The translations under genes and the position numbers were made by a program. Below, piece after piece: positions 36,385-48,900 of a DNA stretch of 64,000 nucleotides (the first letter of the stretch is position 1; each line of letters starts with the position of its first letter). Source of the DNA: Perna viridis (Eukaryota); assembly GCA_037379345.1 (NCBI GenBank), contig CM074514.1, forward strand, positions 6,944,001 to 7,008,000, written 5' to 3'. Below the pieces are notes generated by a model that made no database searches, had not been told where the DNA came from, and was given only the letters and a program-made list of their open reading frames with translations.

Positions 36385-37410
36385 ATGAAACAAGACAGGA
36401 ATCCCTTAAAGCCAGTACATATCGGTATACATGTAACAAGACAGTGATCCCTTAAAGCCAGTACATATCGGTATACATGTAACAAGATAGGGATCCCCTA
36501 AAGCCAGTACCTATCTGTTTATATGTTACAAGACAGGGATCCATTGAAACCAGTACATATCTGTGTACATGTTGTAACAAGATAGGGATCCCCTAAAGCC
36601 AGTACATATCTGTTTACATGTTGTTACAAGATAGGGATCCATAGAAACCAGTACATATCTGTAAACATGTTGTAACAAGATAGGGAACCCCTAAAGCCAG
36701 TACATATCTGTTTACATGTTGTTACAAGATAGGGATCCATAGAAACCAGTACATATCTGTAAACATGTTGTAACAAGATAGGGATCCCCTAAAGCCAGTA
36801 CATATCTGTTTACATGTTGTTACAAGATAGGGATCCATAGAAACCAGTACATATCTGTTTACATGTTGTAACAATATAGGGATCCCCTAAAGCCAGTACA
36901 TATCTGTTTACATGTTGTTACAAGATAGGGATCCATAGAAACCAGTACATATCTGTTTACATGTTGTAACAAGATAGGGATCCCCTAAAGCCAGTACATA
37001 TCTGTTTACATGTTGTTACAAGATAGGGATCCATAGAAACCAGTACATATCTGTAAACATGTTGTAACAAGATAGGGAACCCCTAAAGCCAGTACATATC
37101 TGTTTACATGTTGTTACAAGATAGGGATCCATAGAAACCAGTACATATCTGTAAACATGTTGTAACAAGATAGGGATCCCCTAAAGCCAGTACATATCTG
37201 TTTATATGTTGTTACAAGATAGGGATCCATAGAAACCAGTACATATCTGTTTACATGTTGTAACAAGATAGGGATCCCCTAAAGCCAGTACATATCTGTA
37301 AACATGTTGTAACAAGATAGGGATCCCCTAAAGCCAGTACATATCGGTATACATTTTGTAACAAGATAGGGAACCCCTAAAGCCAGTACAGATCTGTTTA
37401 CATGTTGTAC
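36385..37410. repeat. 49-bp satellite with alternating A/B monomers (98-bp dimer), about 21 monomers
   Basis: GTTGTAACAAGATAGGGATCCCCTAAAGCCAGTACATATCTGTTTACAT alternates with GTTGTTACAAGATAGGGATCCATAGAAACCAGTACATATCTGTAAACAT. Confidence 0.95.
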
Positions 37411-37559
37411 ATCACTTTTATTTTAGTATCCATTGCCAGCACAGCAAAAAATGGGAGAACCATCAAGTATACTAAGATTTCTTTAAACATTATGCCTGAC
37501 TTGACTTCCAGGTAATTATATTCAGACCAAATCTATTCAATAAAACACGCTGAATTTGA

Positions 37560-40500
37560 TTTATTCTGAATGTAAATCCATTTATTTCATTAAATGGTAA
37601 CAGATCATGAAATTCATATCACATCAAAAGTGTAAGGATATAAACAGAATAACATAAGCAGTAGACATTAACATCTGACTATTAGGTTACACAAGAAGTT
37701 GATTCTGTAGTCACTAACAATTGACAAACTTAATGTCGTCAAAAGCAGTTGAATGTCAAGTCAGAAGCAAATGATTTTCAAGTCTCAAACTATTGACTGT
37801 TAAGTTTCATTAAGAGATATAGTACATCAACTTTTAAGTGTTTTAAACAGATAGAATTTCCCAAAATATTTAGCAATACATATCTTCACAGATTATAGCA
37901 TGAAGAACTTCTATTAATTTTCAAGTTAAAAAAAAATGGAAATTAGGCATCTAATTGAAATGTCTTCTATGTTATTATCGTTACTACATGTTATCTTTGA
38001 AGTTAAGTGACATTGCTTGCATAAATTTGACATACAATGTCTGATATTTCTTTAAAATATAATTCTGGTTACACTGAAAATAATAACTGGCCAATTTATA
38101 AAACTAAACTAAAACTCAAAATATCTGTAATTAAAAGGGGTTAAAAAGAGACAAATTTCCATGAGACATAACAGCTTGTTAAATTTCAGTAGAGCTTCAC
38201 CTGTACTTCTTTTGATAGTATTCTTCATGGTTTACCTGTGACATACTACTAAACAGTAGAATTAATTGAAGCTACATATAGTATACATTCTATTGCCTTA
38301 GTCATTTATACAGTCTAACATAGTCAAATTAATAAATTAAAAGTTATAGAAGTGAAACTTTTCGGTTCATTTGCATGCCAATTTTTTAAGCTATTTTAAT
38401 TCATTCATGATGATTTCATTGTATGATTTTCCTTATTTTTGCATGACAATAAAGAACTACAAATCTCGTGACAGTTCACTCATCAAATTACATAAAATAG
38501 AGACATGATGTTGGTCAAAACTACAGAAACTGTACAGACCAGAATTTTTAATGCCATTGAGCAAAAAAAAACAAAAATTATAAAGAAATCAATGAAGAAT
38601 TTAGCAGAAGCGTGATATCTAAGAGGTAACAAAGATAAATGTTTTGAGCATAAAAAACTATTATAAAATGAATCAAAATTCAATTTAGAGTCACATTTAA
38701 GACTAGATTGTTAATGAATTAGTGTGATCCTAAACTGGTTAATTGTCTAGAATGAAAATATATACAATATAACACTGTGAATGTACTGCCATTAATGGAT
38801 ATCAATTGTGTTCAGTTCTTGTTTTGTCTAGTTAATAATGTGTGCGTTAATTTGGTAATCAGTTGGGTATCTGAATCTAAATCTAAACCAACCCACTAAA
38901 AACATGAAAAAAAGATTCACAATATGCAACAATACTTTCATAGTATATAAAATATTGATCTGATCAAGGCCATGCTATTATCTTCCAACTGCCAATATCA
39001 AACATGTTTCATACATGATTTGTTCAAACTTTACACTAATGTCTAACATTCACATTTTTGTGAATTCTGATGTTAATATTTGAAACAAAAGACTTTAAAA
39101 TTGCATTTAATTAAGCAATAAAATAAATGTTGCACACCATTAAACTATAGAGCAGCTTTTTTTTTCTCGAAATTCAGTACTCTAAATGCTATGCCAGGCA
39201 AGCACTTAAAATGTTCTATGATCTAACAAACCAACTGACTTTGTATTCCCATAGAAAATTTGTTTTACAAGATCCCTTCTTACAACAGTTATGAAACCGA
39301 AGAAGCTACACAAAAAATTTTCTAGCATGGCCTACATCATTACATTTTCATCAAATAACAGAAAATAAAAGTAAAAATTCACTGAACAAGGGAAGTAACA
39401 AACCTACGAAAAACTATTCATAAATCTATAAAAACAACAAAACTTGTACTATGTTATACATGATATGAATCAAATATATAGACATAAAAACAACCAAATA
39501 GCACCTTCAAATGGATGGTGGTGACAAAACCTCAATTTATAATAGTCAAATAAATCAGGTTTGTTGTTGGTATGCGGTATATTATTATGACTGAGTTTCA
39601 CCAAAAAAAATGTTCTAGACTATTAACTACGATGGTATAAACAAATAAATATTAAATAGTTCATAAATATAAGACCTGACATTATATCAAAGTTATGTGT
39701 TCTGATATTTTTTTTTATATCTGACTAAAAGATTTATGCCTTACAAATTTCTTTTCAATAGTTTTTACTGTAATGATAGTAAAAGCACTTCATACTTAAA
39801 ACAAATCATAATATGAGTTAGATATTATGCAAGGCATTAATATTTTTTTCAGTAACAGAAAGGTTAAAACCAATTTTGATGACCGTAAGTAGTAAAAAAA
39901 ATTGTCCCTTCAGGTAATAAAAAGAAATTTTTCTACAGATTTACAAATGCACTTAAAAAAGGCTAAATAGTCCCTGAATCATTGTTTGATTATGACAGCT
40001 CAACAGAACATATATATGGCTTCACATGATATGGCATCACAAAACTTTGGTCCATTGTGAAAGTAAAGAATTAATTCAAATACAGCTACAATACAGCTCT
40101 AATGGATTTCCTCTTTCCACCTGTCCAGTGGAACCAGGCACATGAGAAATATAAATGGTTCAGACCATAGTTAGATGTCATACTGGTCGAACTGTGGTAA
40201 CACTCAGTTGACACTTGAAAGTCCATCAAAATAGAAACCTTATGGAGTTAGTATGCTCAATATAAAAATTTATACCATCATAAACATGTGGAAATCATAA
40301 TTTTTGAGAGTGTACTGTAGATCTTAGCTTAAAACAACAACCATGGAATTCATTGCATAGTAAAAATAAAATTAAAATTGGAAAAATAAAATGCTTCTTT
40401 CTTCACAACCATATTAAGAGAAATAAACAACAATATGTATTAACATGGTGAATTCATTCATATTTCACCCATAAATACCACAGGCCAATTCAACTTGGAA

Positions 40501-42422
40501 ATACCTATAGTATATCTATATAAACACACACAACTTCCAAAAATATTAACAATAAAAACAGACTTGCCAAAATAGATATATGAATTTAAATATCACCACA
40601 ACTTTCTGTACAGTTTGAAACTTGTTTGTTACAAAGTTAAAACACTTTTCACACATATGATAAAGAATTTATAAATTCTTAACCAAGGAACACATCTATA
40701 AAATTTTAATTTCAAAATGAATTTTTCAATAAATGAATGCTTGTGTTCATATGAAATGCATCCAAAATGGAATAGTTTCAAAAAGTCAATTACAACAAAT
40801 GCAAAAAAAAAACTTTTAATAACATTATTACAATGGTTTGTGCTTCTTTCCTTATGTTGCCTGCATTTTATCATCTATCAAATAATACATTGTATCTAGC
40901 TAAATGGGATGCAATTTGAATCTATTTCTCTTTGAACATTTGTGTCAGTTAAGTGGTGACTTTGCAACACATTGTTTTTAAGCTAGTCTTATGATATAAC
41001 CATTAATAAATAGTACATACTTTAAATCCTATTTACAGATGTTTATTTACATTTATCATATATATCATGGGACTTGCTATATATGTATTCTGATATATTT
41101 AAATACCTCAAAATACAATGTAATCACATTGTAAAATCTAACATATTTTGGTACATCCACTTAAGAATGGATTTTTACATAATAAATAACCTATCAATTT
41201 AAAAATCTAGGTCACATATACTTAAAGAAATATTCTCATTTTAGAGACACTGAAAAATCCAATGACCAAAATCCTTAATTAGCTGTACTATGACCTACCA
41301 AGGGTTTAATAATTAGTTATTACATTAGCAGTACCCAGGCAATTTTGAGCTCATGGAAAATATTAGTTTTGATGTGGGATTTGGTCAGAATATCAGTTGG
41401 TCTCTGATCATAAATACATGCAAACTATAAAGCATACCATAATAATTCTGTAAACTGTTAACATATCATGAAATATTAGTAAGGGTGATACCACTATATT
41501 TTCTCCAGTACAATATTTTACAATTAAGTCCCCTTTATTTTGCTTCCTCATTATGACTCAGATTCCATTCAAATACTGCTCTTATTGTTCAAATATACAG
41601 ATTTCTGAATGTTAAATATGCACCTCAATGCATTATGTCACATGATATATGTACCATAAATATTAAGTTAATAACACATGATTCCATCAGTTGAAATGAA
41701 TTCAATTGGATGGCTAAAACCTGATTGGTAAAATCAATTACATGTCTCATTACATTCACTATCCATATAACCATCACTGTTTTTAACAGGTTAATAATTA
41801 TTTGGTCATGAGATGAAAATTATTTACAATATCATACATTAGTTAATATGTTTTATTGCACAGTGACTGAATTGTCATTAGGAAACTCACTGGTTAAGTA
41901 CACCTGATAAGGTACACACCCACACTTGATTCAAGGCATCAGAAGTGGCAAACCAAGAAAAAACACATCACAACATATTTACCAAAGTCAATCTATGTTA
42001 GTTACCTTTTTTTTTACTATTTTCATCCAATACCTTAACCATGTTAACCCATTTCTGTTCCCTTACTGAAGAAAACACACTGAAATATTCTTCCCAAGTT
42101 TAACAACCATTATTTGGTTTCATTTATGCCATAATTAACATTCTATATTACAAATCTTGATATGATAAAAGCACTAGGTAAAATCTGCATATACAAATGT
42201 TTTGGCCTCAAGGGAGATAATTCTGCAAGATCGATCACAGACACACAACATGGATGGTTGATTGTCTATTTCAGTTCCATGCCAATATACTGGATATGAT
42301 GTCAATGATAATACATACGTGACTGACAATACTGTTTGTCATCACTGGAAAGACATTAAAATGTTGTCACAAACAAAAACAAACTTTCCTGACTGGACAA
42401 TTGTTTGGAGAGCAAACGGTCA
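37560..42422 (-). other. Probable long 3' UTR of sidekick
   Basis: About 4.9 kb of unique AT-rich sequence without recognisable TE remnants directly after the sdk stop; minus-strand AATAAA signals at about 37560 and 37581. The end point is inferred. Confidence 0.45.
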
Positions 42423-42911
42423 TCATACAAAAGATGAGAATCCAGGTAAAGGTGCTCGTGATCCTGCAGAATTGTTAATTACAATCTGTCCTGAGTTTAA
42501 GCTAATGCCATAATGGCTACTGCTGGCCTCGCTGTCAGTATAATTATAAGCATTGTAATGACTTTGATTTCCCTGGGTTGGAGTATGTGGCTGATGGCGA
42601 CGCTCCGGTGTTCGTGGCGGTTGCATATTATGGCGGTCCATAGGAGAATGATCCCTACGAGAACGGCCCATGTGTGAATGATCCCTGCGAGAATGTTCCA
42701 TATGAGGAGGATCTAACTGTAAATGGTCCATGTGTTGGTGGTCCATATGTGAATGGTCCATGTGAGAATGATCCAGTCGTGGATATTCGTCTGAATAGTC
42801 ATTGATGTACAGATTCCGAGCAGGAAATGGAGGAGGAGGAGGAGATTCTGGGATTGGTGGGGGAGGTGGAGGCAGTGGTTTGTCATCCAAATCACTTTCT
42901 TCATCACTTGG
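42423..42911 (-). CDS. sdk: sdk terminal coding exon (Pro-rich, DHxHM repeats, GFSSFV)
   Basis: ORF 42423-42926 with an AG acceptor at 42912-42913. Confidence 0.92.
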   Translation of the reverse strand, partial: PSDEESDLDDKPLPPPPPPIPESPPPPPFPARNLYINDYSDEYPRLDHSHMDHSHMDHQHMDHLQLDPPHMEHSRRDHSHMGRSRRDHSPMDRHNMQPPRTPERRHQPHTPTQGNQSHYNAYNYTDSEASSSHYGISLNSGQIVINNSAGSRAPLPGFSSFV

Positions 42912-45900
42912 CTGAAAAAGAAACATTTTTCAAGTATTTATTTTCCTAACCTGGATTATAAAAAAGGTAAAACACAGGTGAAGTGGAAATTCTAAACTGT
43001 CTGTGACATTATAAATTTTAAAGACATTGATTGGAGGTTATCATGAAGTTAAGAATTTTCAGACTCCAGTATTTTTATTCAAGTTTTATGGTCCTGGGGC
43101 CTGTAAATTTTGTTGATGGGTACTTAAATTATCATCCTAAGTGTGAAGAAAGAACAAATTAATTGATATGAGGATCACTATGTAAAATATTACATCAGAT
43201 GAGTCGCCTAGATCTGAAGGTTTCTGTGTTGTATCGCTACTAGCATCATCATCATCAGGTAATGGTTGCTTGTGGGGTGTGGCACCAATGTCACTCTCTG
43301 AATATGTAACACTTGCAGGACTGGGTCTGGGTGGTTGCCTGATTATAATTAAACATTGTATTTCATGATCTATATTACTAGTTGTATTCATACTAGCTAA
43401 TTAGTTGACAAATGCTGTTCACTCATATTTCTATATCTTCTATGCTTTAAAAATTGTGGATCTCTTCTATTGAAGAGTTTCAACAGTTTCACCAAAATGT
43501 ACAGTACATGAAAAACTTGGGAAACATATCAATCTGTTTAAAACATGATGTTTTGCAATTTACTTGAGAGAAGAGACAATAAGGGAAAATATCTTTTTTT
43601 ATTCAGTTTTAAAAGCAAGTTTCAAATTTTATGAATTTCACTTTTTTACACTAAAGTTTCACCCAAAGCACAAATATAGACTCTTACCTGGGTAAAGTTC
43701 CAGTTCTGGGGAAACCATTTCTGATAGAAGCAATATTTCTCTGTGACTGACGAGAATTTCTCTCTAATGTAGAAAAGCCACCATCTTCAGGTTCCAGAAT
43801 CTCCATAGGATTAGCCATACCAGTGTTAGACGGTTTCTTGTCTAAAAAAGATAAATATCATATTACTGTCAATATTTAATTAAGTATATTTACAGCACGC
43901 TGAAGTAAAATTTATTCAGGTATGTGTAATTTTTGATGTTGTACAATATTGACTACCAAATTTATTGTTACATTGAGAGCAAAAAAGAAAGGCAAAGACA
44001 AAATTACTTGAAATTACAAAAAGAATACCTCCCAGCAAACTTGCATCTTGCTAACCATTTTAATTTCATTATCTCCCTGGGTAGGCATCAAATATGAACT
44101 ACATTTCTTCTTGCATACCTATATATGATGCTTAAGATAGATCAAACAAAGCATTTTTTTTTCATCTTGCAAAACCATACAGAATTACGTATTTTCAGTG
44201 AGCAAACAGTGTTTGAAATGATGCAAAAATATTGTCTTAAAACTATTCAAAAAGATTTTTTGGCATAAACTTTTATATATTAAAATTACAAAACCTTCTT
44301 TCAAGTAGGAAATAATTGGTGGGAAATGTCCTATTAGGGATGTAATGGGAATTTCAGTTCTTTTAATATTACAAGTAAAAAAAGTTTGGTGACCCCCAGT
44401 TTTCTTTTTGAGATATGGAATGTCAGATATCTGTTCTTTATACACACAAATAAAGGCTCTCAATTATCTCATAATTAAGTTGGATGACCTATGTTTTTTT
44501 ATTTATAAAATGTTACGGCATGTTTGTATGTGGTCATTTTTTTTTAGAAAAAAACAGGAAAATCTATCTACTAAAAGTATTAGGTAAGCTCTACATTAAC
44601 CTCCTTATAAAATTTCATCAAAAATCCATTGAATGGGTCAGGAGGGGTCGTACTTACAAGATGTAAGGACAGAAGAACTGACAGGCAAATGGACAAAAGA
44701 CAGGCAAAAACCCCCAAACTTGGTTTATGGGATATAATGTTGCTGTGAACTGAAAATACATATTTCTTTGCCTAAAAACAGATAAGACTATTCCCAGACT
44801 GAAGGTTAAGACTGTTAATGGACATTATACAAACCTTTTTTATTTCTCCTTGCAGCAAGGCACAGCAGGGATACTACTAGCAGTATGACCACCAAACCTG
44901 CAAGAGCTACAATAACCTGGAACCACCATTGGTAGTGAAAGGCTTTAGCTTCAGCTATTTGTTCTATAAAATCAAAATTTTATAATTTACAAAATATTTA
45001 TCCTGATCTGCAAGTTTAAAATACAAAATCTTGACTATTCTCCTTAAAAAAAAACCTCATCCATCTTGACTGCTATTCTCTGTAAGAATCAGGCAATGGG
45101 TGAATTATGGGGGAACAATATACACAAGTCTTTCCATGAAATCTTATTCAAAATGTTCGAAGTGAGTAATGACATTCATTTCTTTATTAAGTGTCAGAAT
45201 TTAGAGGAATAAATTACACGCAATGTATTGCAATTTTATCATCAAAAGGGGGATAATTCACTTATCCTAATTATTCAATTGTAACTTTGAACTGACTTTT
45301 ATACATCGTCTGACATTTTCATGACAAACTGTCACTTCTTCAATGTGGCCAAAAACTATGTGCCCACATTGTCAAATTTCAGTGGTTTTTTTTTTTAAGC
45401 AAGATTAATTATTTTTCTTTTTTGCCTGATTCTTAAAAGATACCAACAATTAAAAAAGCTACAACGGATAAGAAAACAGGTTGTGCTTCCTTGTATTAAG
45501 TATTTTCAGAAAATAAAAACAGGAGATAGTTTGTTTGTTTGTTTTTTTTATAGTGCCAACTAAACTTAAACAGTCTGAAGAAACACTACAATTCATAAAA
45601 AAAAAACTTTACCATATGAAGCAAATTATCCATTCAGCACTCTATAATTTATTTTTCAAATAGTCATCCTAATAATATATTGCATACAAAGCCCCTTACT
45701 CTTTCAATTTAAGACATATACCAGTAGTTTATTACTGACTGTAGAGAAATAGACAAAAAAGTTTCTCTATACAATCAGTGTAAAAAACCTTAACTTCTAT
45801 ATTTATATTTCTTTATAACATAAACTAAGGACAAGCTAAGGCAAATATCACTGAGGTATATACAAGTAAGCAGTAATTAGAAATATGGACAAACCATAAA

Positions 45901-48900
45901 TTATTACATCTAGTTACCATAATAAAAGTATTTGTTTTCCAACTCTCAGTAATGACATAACAGTAATGGTATCAAACAATACATCATTTTATCAGCAATT
46001 AATTAATTAGTTTTTTTTTCCTTTGATGTTTCTGCCTGATATTTTTTGTATCTTGCTCTCTGGTTGTATCACAAAACTATCAGGTAAAACACACATGACT
46101 GACATGACAAGAGCATGTAAGAATCGATTAGGGGTGTAAGTCTTATCAATCAATATCATTATATTATATAATTATTATTTACTAGATTTTTTTTCCAGCC
46201 ACAGAAGTAATTAAAAAGAAATGTATTTTGAAATAAATAATAATGCCAAAAACTGGATTACTGGTATACAGAATAATAGTTACTTTCGATTTTGACACTG
46301 ACAATATCATGTAGAATTTCTCTTATTTGAGCTTGTTGAGATATTCCACATGATATTGTCAGTACCAAAATCAAAAGTAACTTATTATACTATTTATATC
46401 TAGTGACCATTTATAATAAAAGTGTTTGTTTAAGATAACATACAAAGTTCCTTAATAACTTGAAGTGACAAGTATAGTCTGATTACATTAGGCCCAGAAT
46501 AGAAATATTTTGGCAAACTTTTTATTCTCTGTTGACTGTATGCTGGAACAAAATTCACTTGGAAAAATGTTCATATTGCAACACAAACACTCTATTACTT
46601 TATGGCTCATATTAATAAGAACAAACAGTTTCATAGTTTGAATATACCCAATCTAAGCAACGTTAGTCCATGCTGTAACTTGAACTCAGCTCTTTGTGAT
46701 AAAATGTGTGATAACTGAAGCCATATAAGTAATCCAAGTAATCCGACTAAGAACAAAAAACTTCTGTGAATCTTGTACACTTTAAAGCAAAGTTGAGTAC
46801 TTACCAATCCATTGTGAAGGTTCACTGGCATAACCCATTCCCTTGCGGTTAGAAGCTACCACATTAAATTGGCAACCACCATCTTTACAAATGTTTGGCC
46901 AAGTTAAACGAGCACTAGGTGTGGTTACATACTGATGATGAACTGGGGTCCACTGCTTAGAACCTGTGGAAAAGAAGTTTCTTGATTTTATATTCAAGCA
47001 TAAAAAAGAATGAAACATTCAAAAAGGGATGTTGACCTAAGTTTTCTTTCAATTTTCATAAAGGCACATAAAGACATCAAATTATAGGTGTCGGTTTGCT
47101 AGGTATACCCCACTTGTATGAGAAGTTGACATAGGACAGCAATCAAAATTGCTTACAACATATGGGCCTACAAAATTTGGAAAATTAGAATGACAGTCAG
47201 ATGGTAGGACAATGTGACTTCAATATACCATCCACTCACTGAGTAGAGGTATAATAAAGACTCATGCCTAAGAATATTTTTAACTGTGCACATTGATGGA
47301 TCTAGATACTGTGGTCGGAGTTACCAAGGAACAAACCTATATCTTCATACATAATATAGATATTAAGTTGTTTTTGACCACAGGTATTACACCTTACCTC
47401 TACTAACAGCCTGTATTGTATATGAATTTATCTGCCCTTCCCCTGGTGAGCCAGCAGTCCACTGTAGAACAACATAACTGCCCTCCATAATAACACTAGG
47501 CTTCCCTGGTGGACCAGGTGATCCTGTCAATTATAAATTAGACAAGAATTGTCATCCAACTAAATTGCAATATTAACAAGAAATCCTTAAGTTATCTTAT
47601 CTCCCTTTCCAAGCCCTCAATTATCTTGCTTCATGCACATCTTACATACTAAGTAAGACGCCATACAATCAAATGAATTTCATCAATTAATGCTATAACA
47701 GCCCATTTATAGTTCACAAAAAATACAGTGATTTCTGAATGTACAGTATGGAGTGTCTGAAAATAAAGAACTTTAATCTAAACAAAGAAACAAGATCCCA
47801 CTAATTAACATAAGTTAATACCTGGCTGGGGTCCCATTGTAATTTTCTTTGAAGTTTCAGGGCCTGCTCCAATAGAGGTAACAGCTTTGACAGTAAAGTC
47901 ATAGGTCCTGCTTTCCTCTAACTTATCAATCATGACATATATTCTTGTCCCTGGTATAGTCAACTGTGTAAGCTTACTCCCTGGAATAAAATAGGTTTAT
48001 CATGAAACATTAGAATCTTTTCAAAATTGTTTTGTCTGTATCTATTTTCACTAAAAAGGTGACTTCTTTTGTGGACTATCAAATTAATACATTTTTTGAA
48101 ATATAGGAGATAATTGAAAAAAACAATAGGATTTTCTTTTTGTGCTTTTAAATCAACATTTAAAAAAAAAAGGACATCATGAAAATACTCTGTAAACATT
48201 TACCATCCTCAGGCTGTTGTTGTTTGTATGCCAGCTCATATGACGTAATTACACCATTAGGTTGACTTGGTTCCTTCCATGTGACATTAACTGTTGTCAT
48301 GGTAACATTCAGGAACTCTATTTCACCAGGAATGCCTGGTTCTGGAATAGGATTATTAAAAAGCAAATTGATAATGATGTTATCATGGTGAATGTAGATT
48401 ATATCGTAACATTTAGATACTGATGAAATTCTTTTGAATAACTGCACTATTTAGTTGAGTCCATATATTTTAAAAACCTAAATCAAATCTACAGTCTTAG
48501 AAGTGATTGATAATAGTTAAACCAAAACTGTATTGATTTTACATAATACAAAAAATTTGAACTCCACATTGATTAATCACATTTTTTAAGTTACAAATAA
48601 GAATTTTTCTAATTTGTTCTAGTGTATTTGGTTTATTTATACCAACTTGTTCTGATTGATGTTATAGACAGGGTTTTGGTTTATTTATACAAACTTGTTC
48701 TGATTGATGTTATAGACAGGGTTTTGGTTTATTTATACAAACTTGTTCTGATTGATGTTATAGACAGGTTTTAAGTTTTTACCAGTCAGTTTTCTTCCTT
48801 TTCATATTGTCAATGAGGAGAAAGAAGTCAAAGGCATTTGGGCTTAATTTGAAGAGCTTCCAACAAAAATCATAAATATAGCAAAAACCTATAAGCAAAT

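Noticed and set aside
36385-37410. CRISPR-like repeat/spacer pattern
   Set aside because: The alternating segments are two variants of one monomer, not unique spacers.
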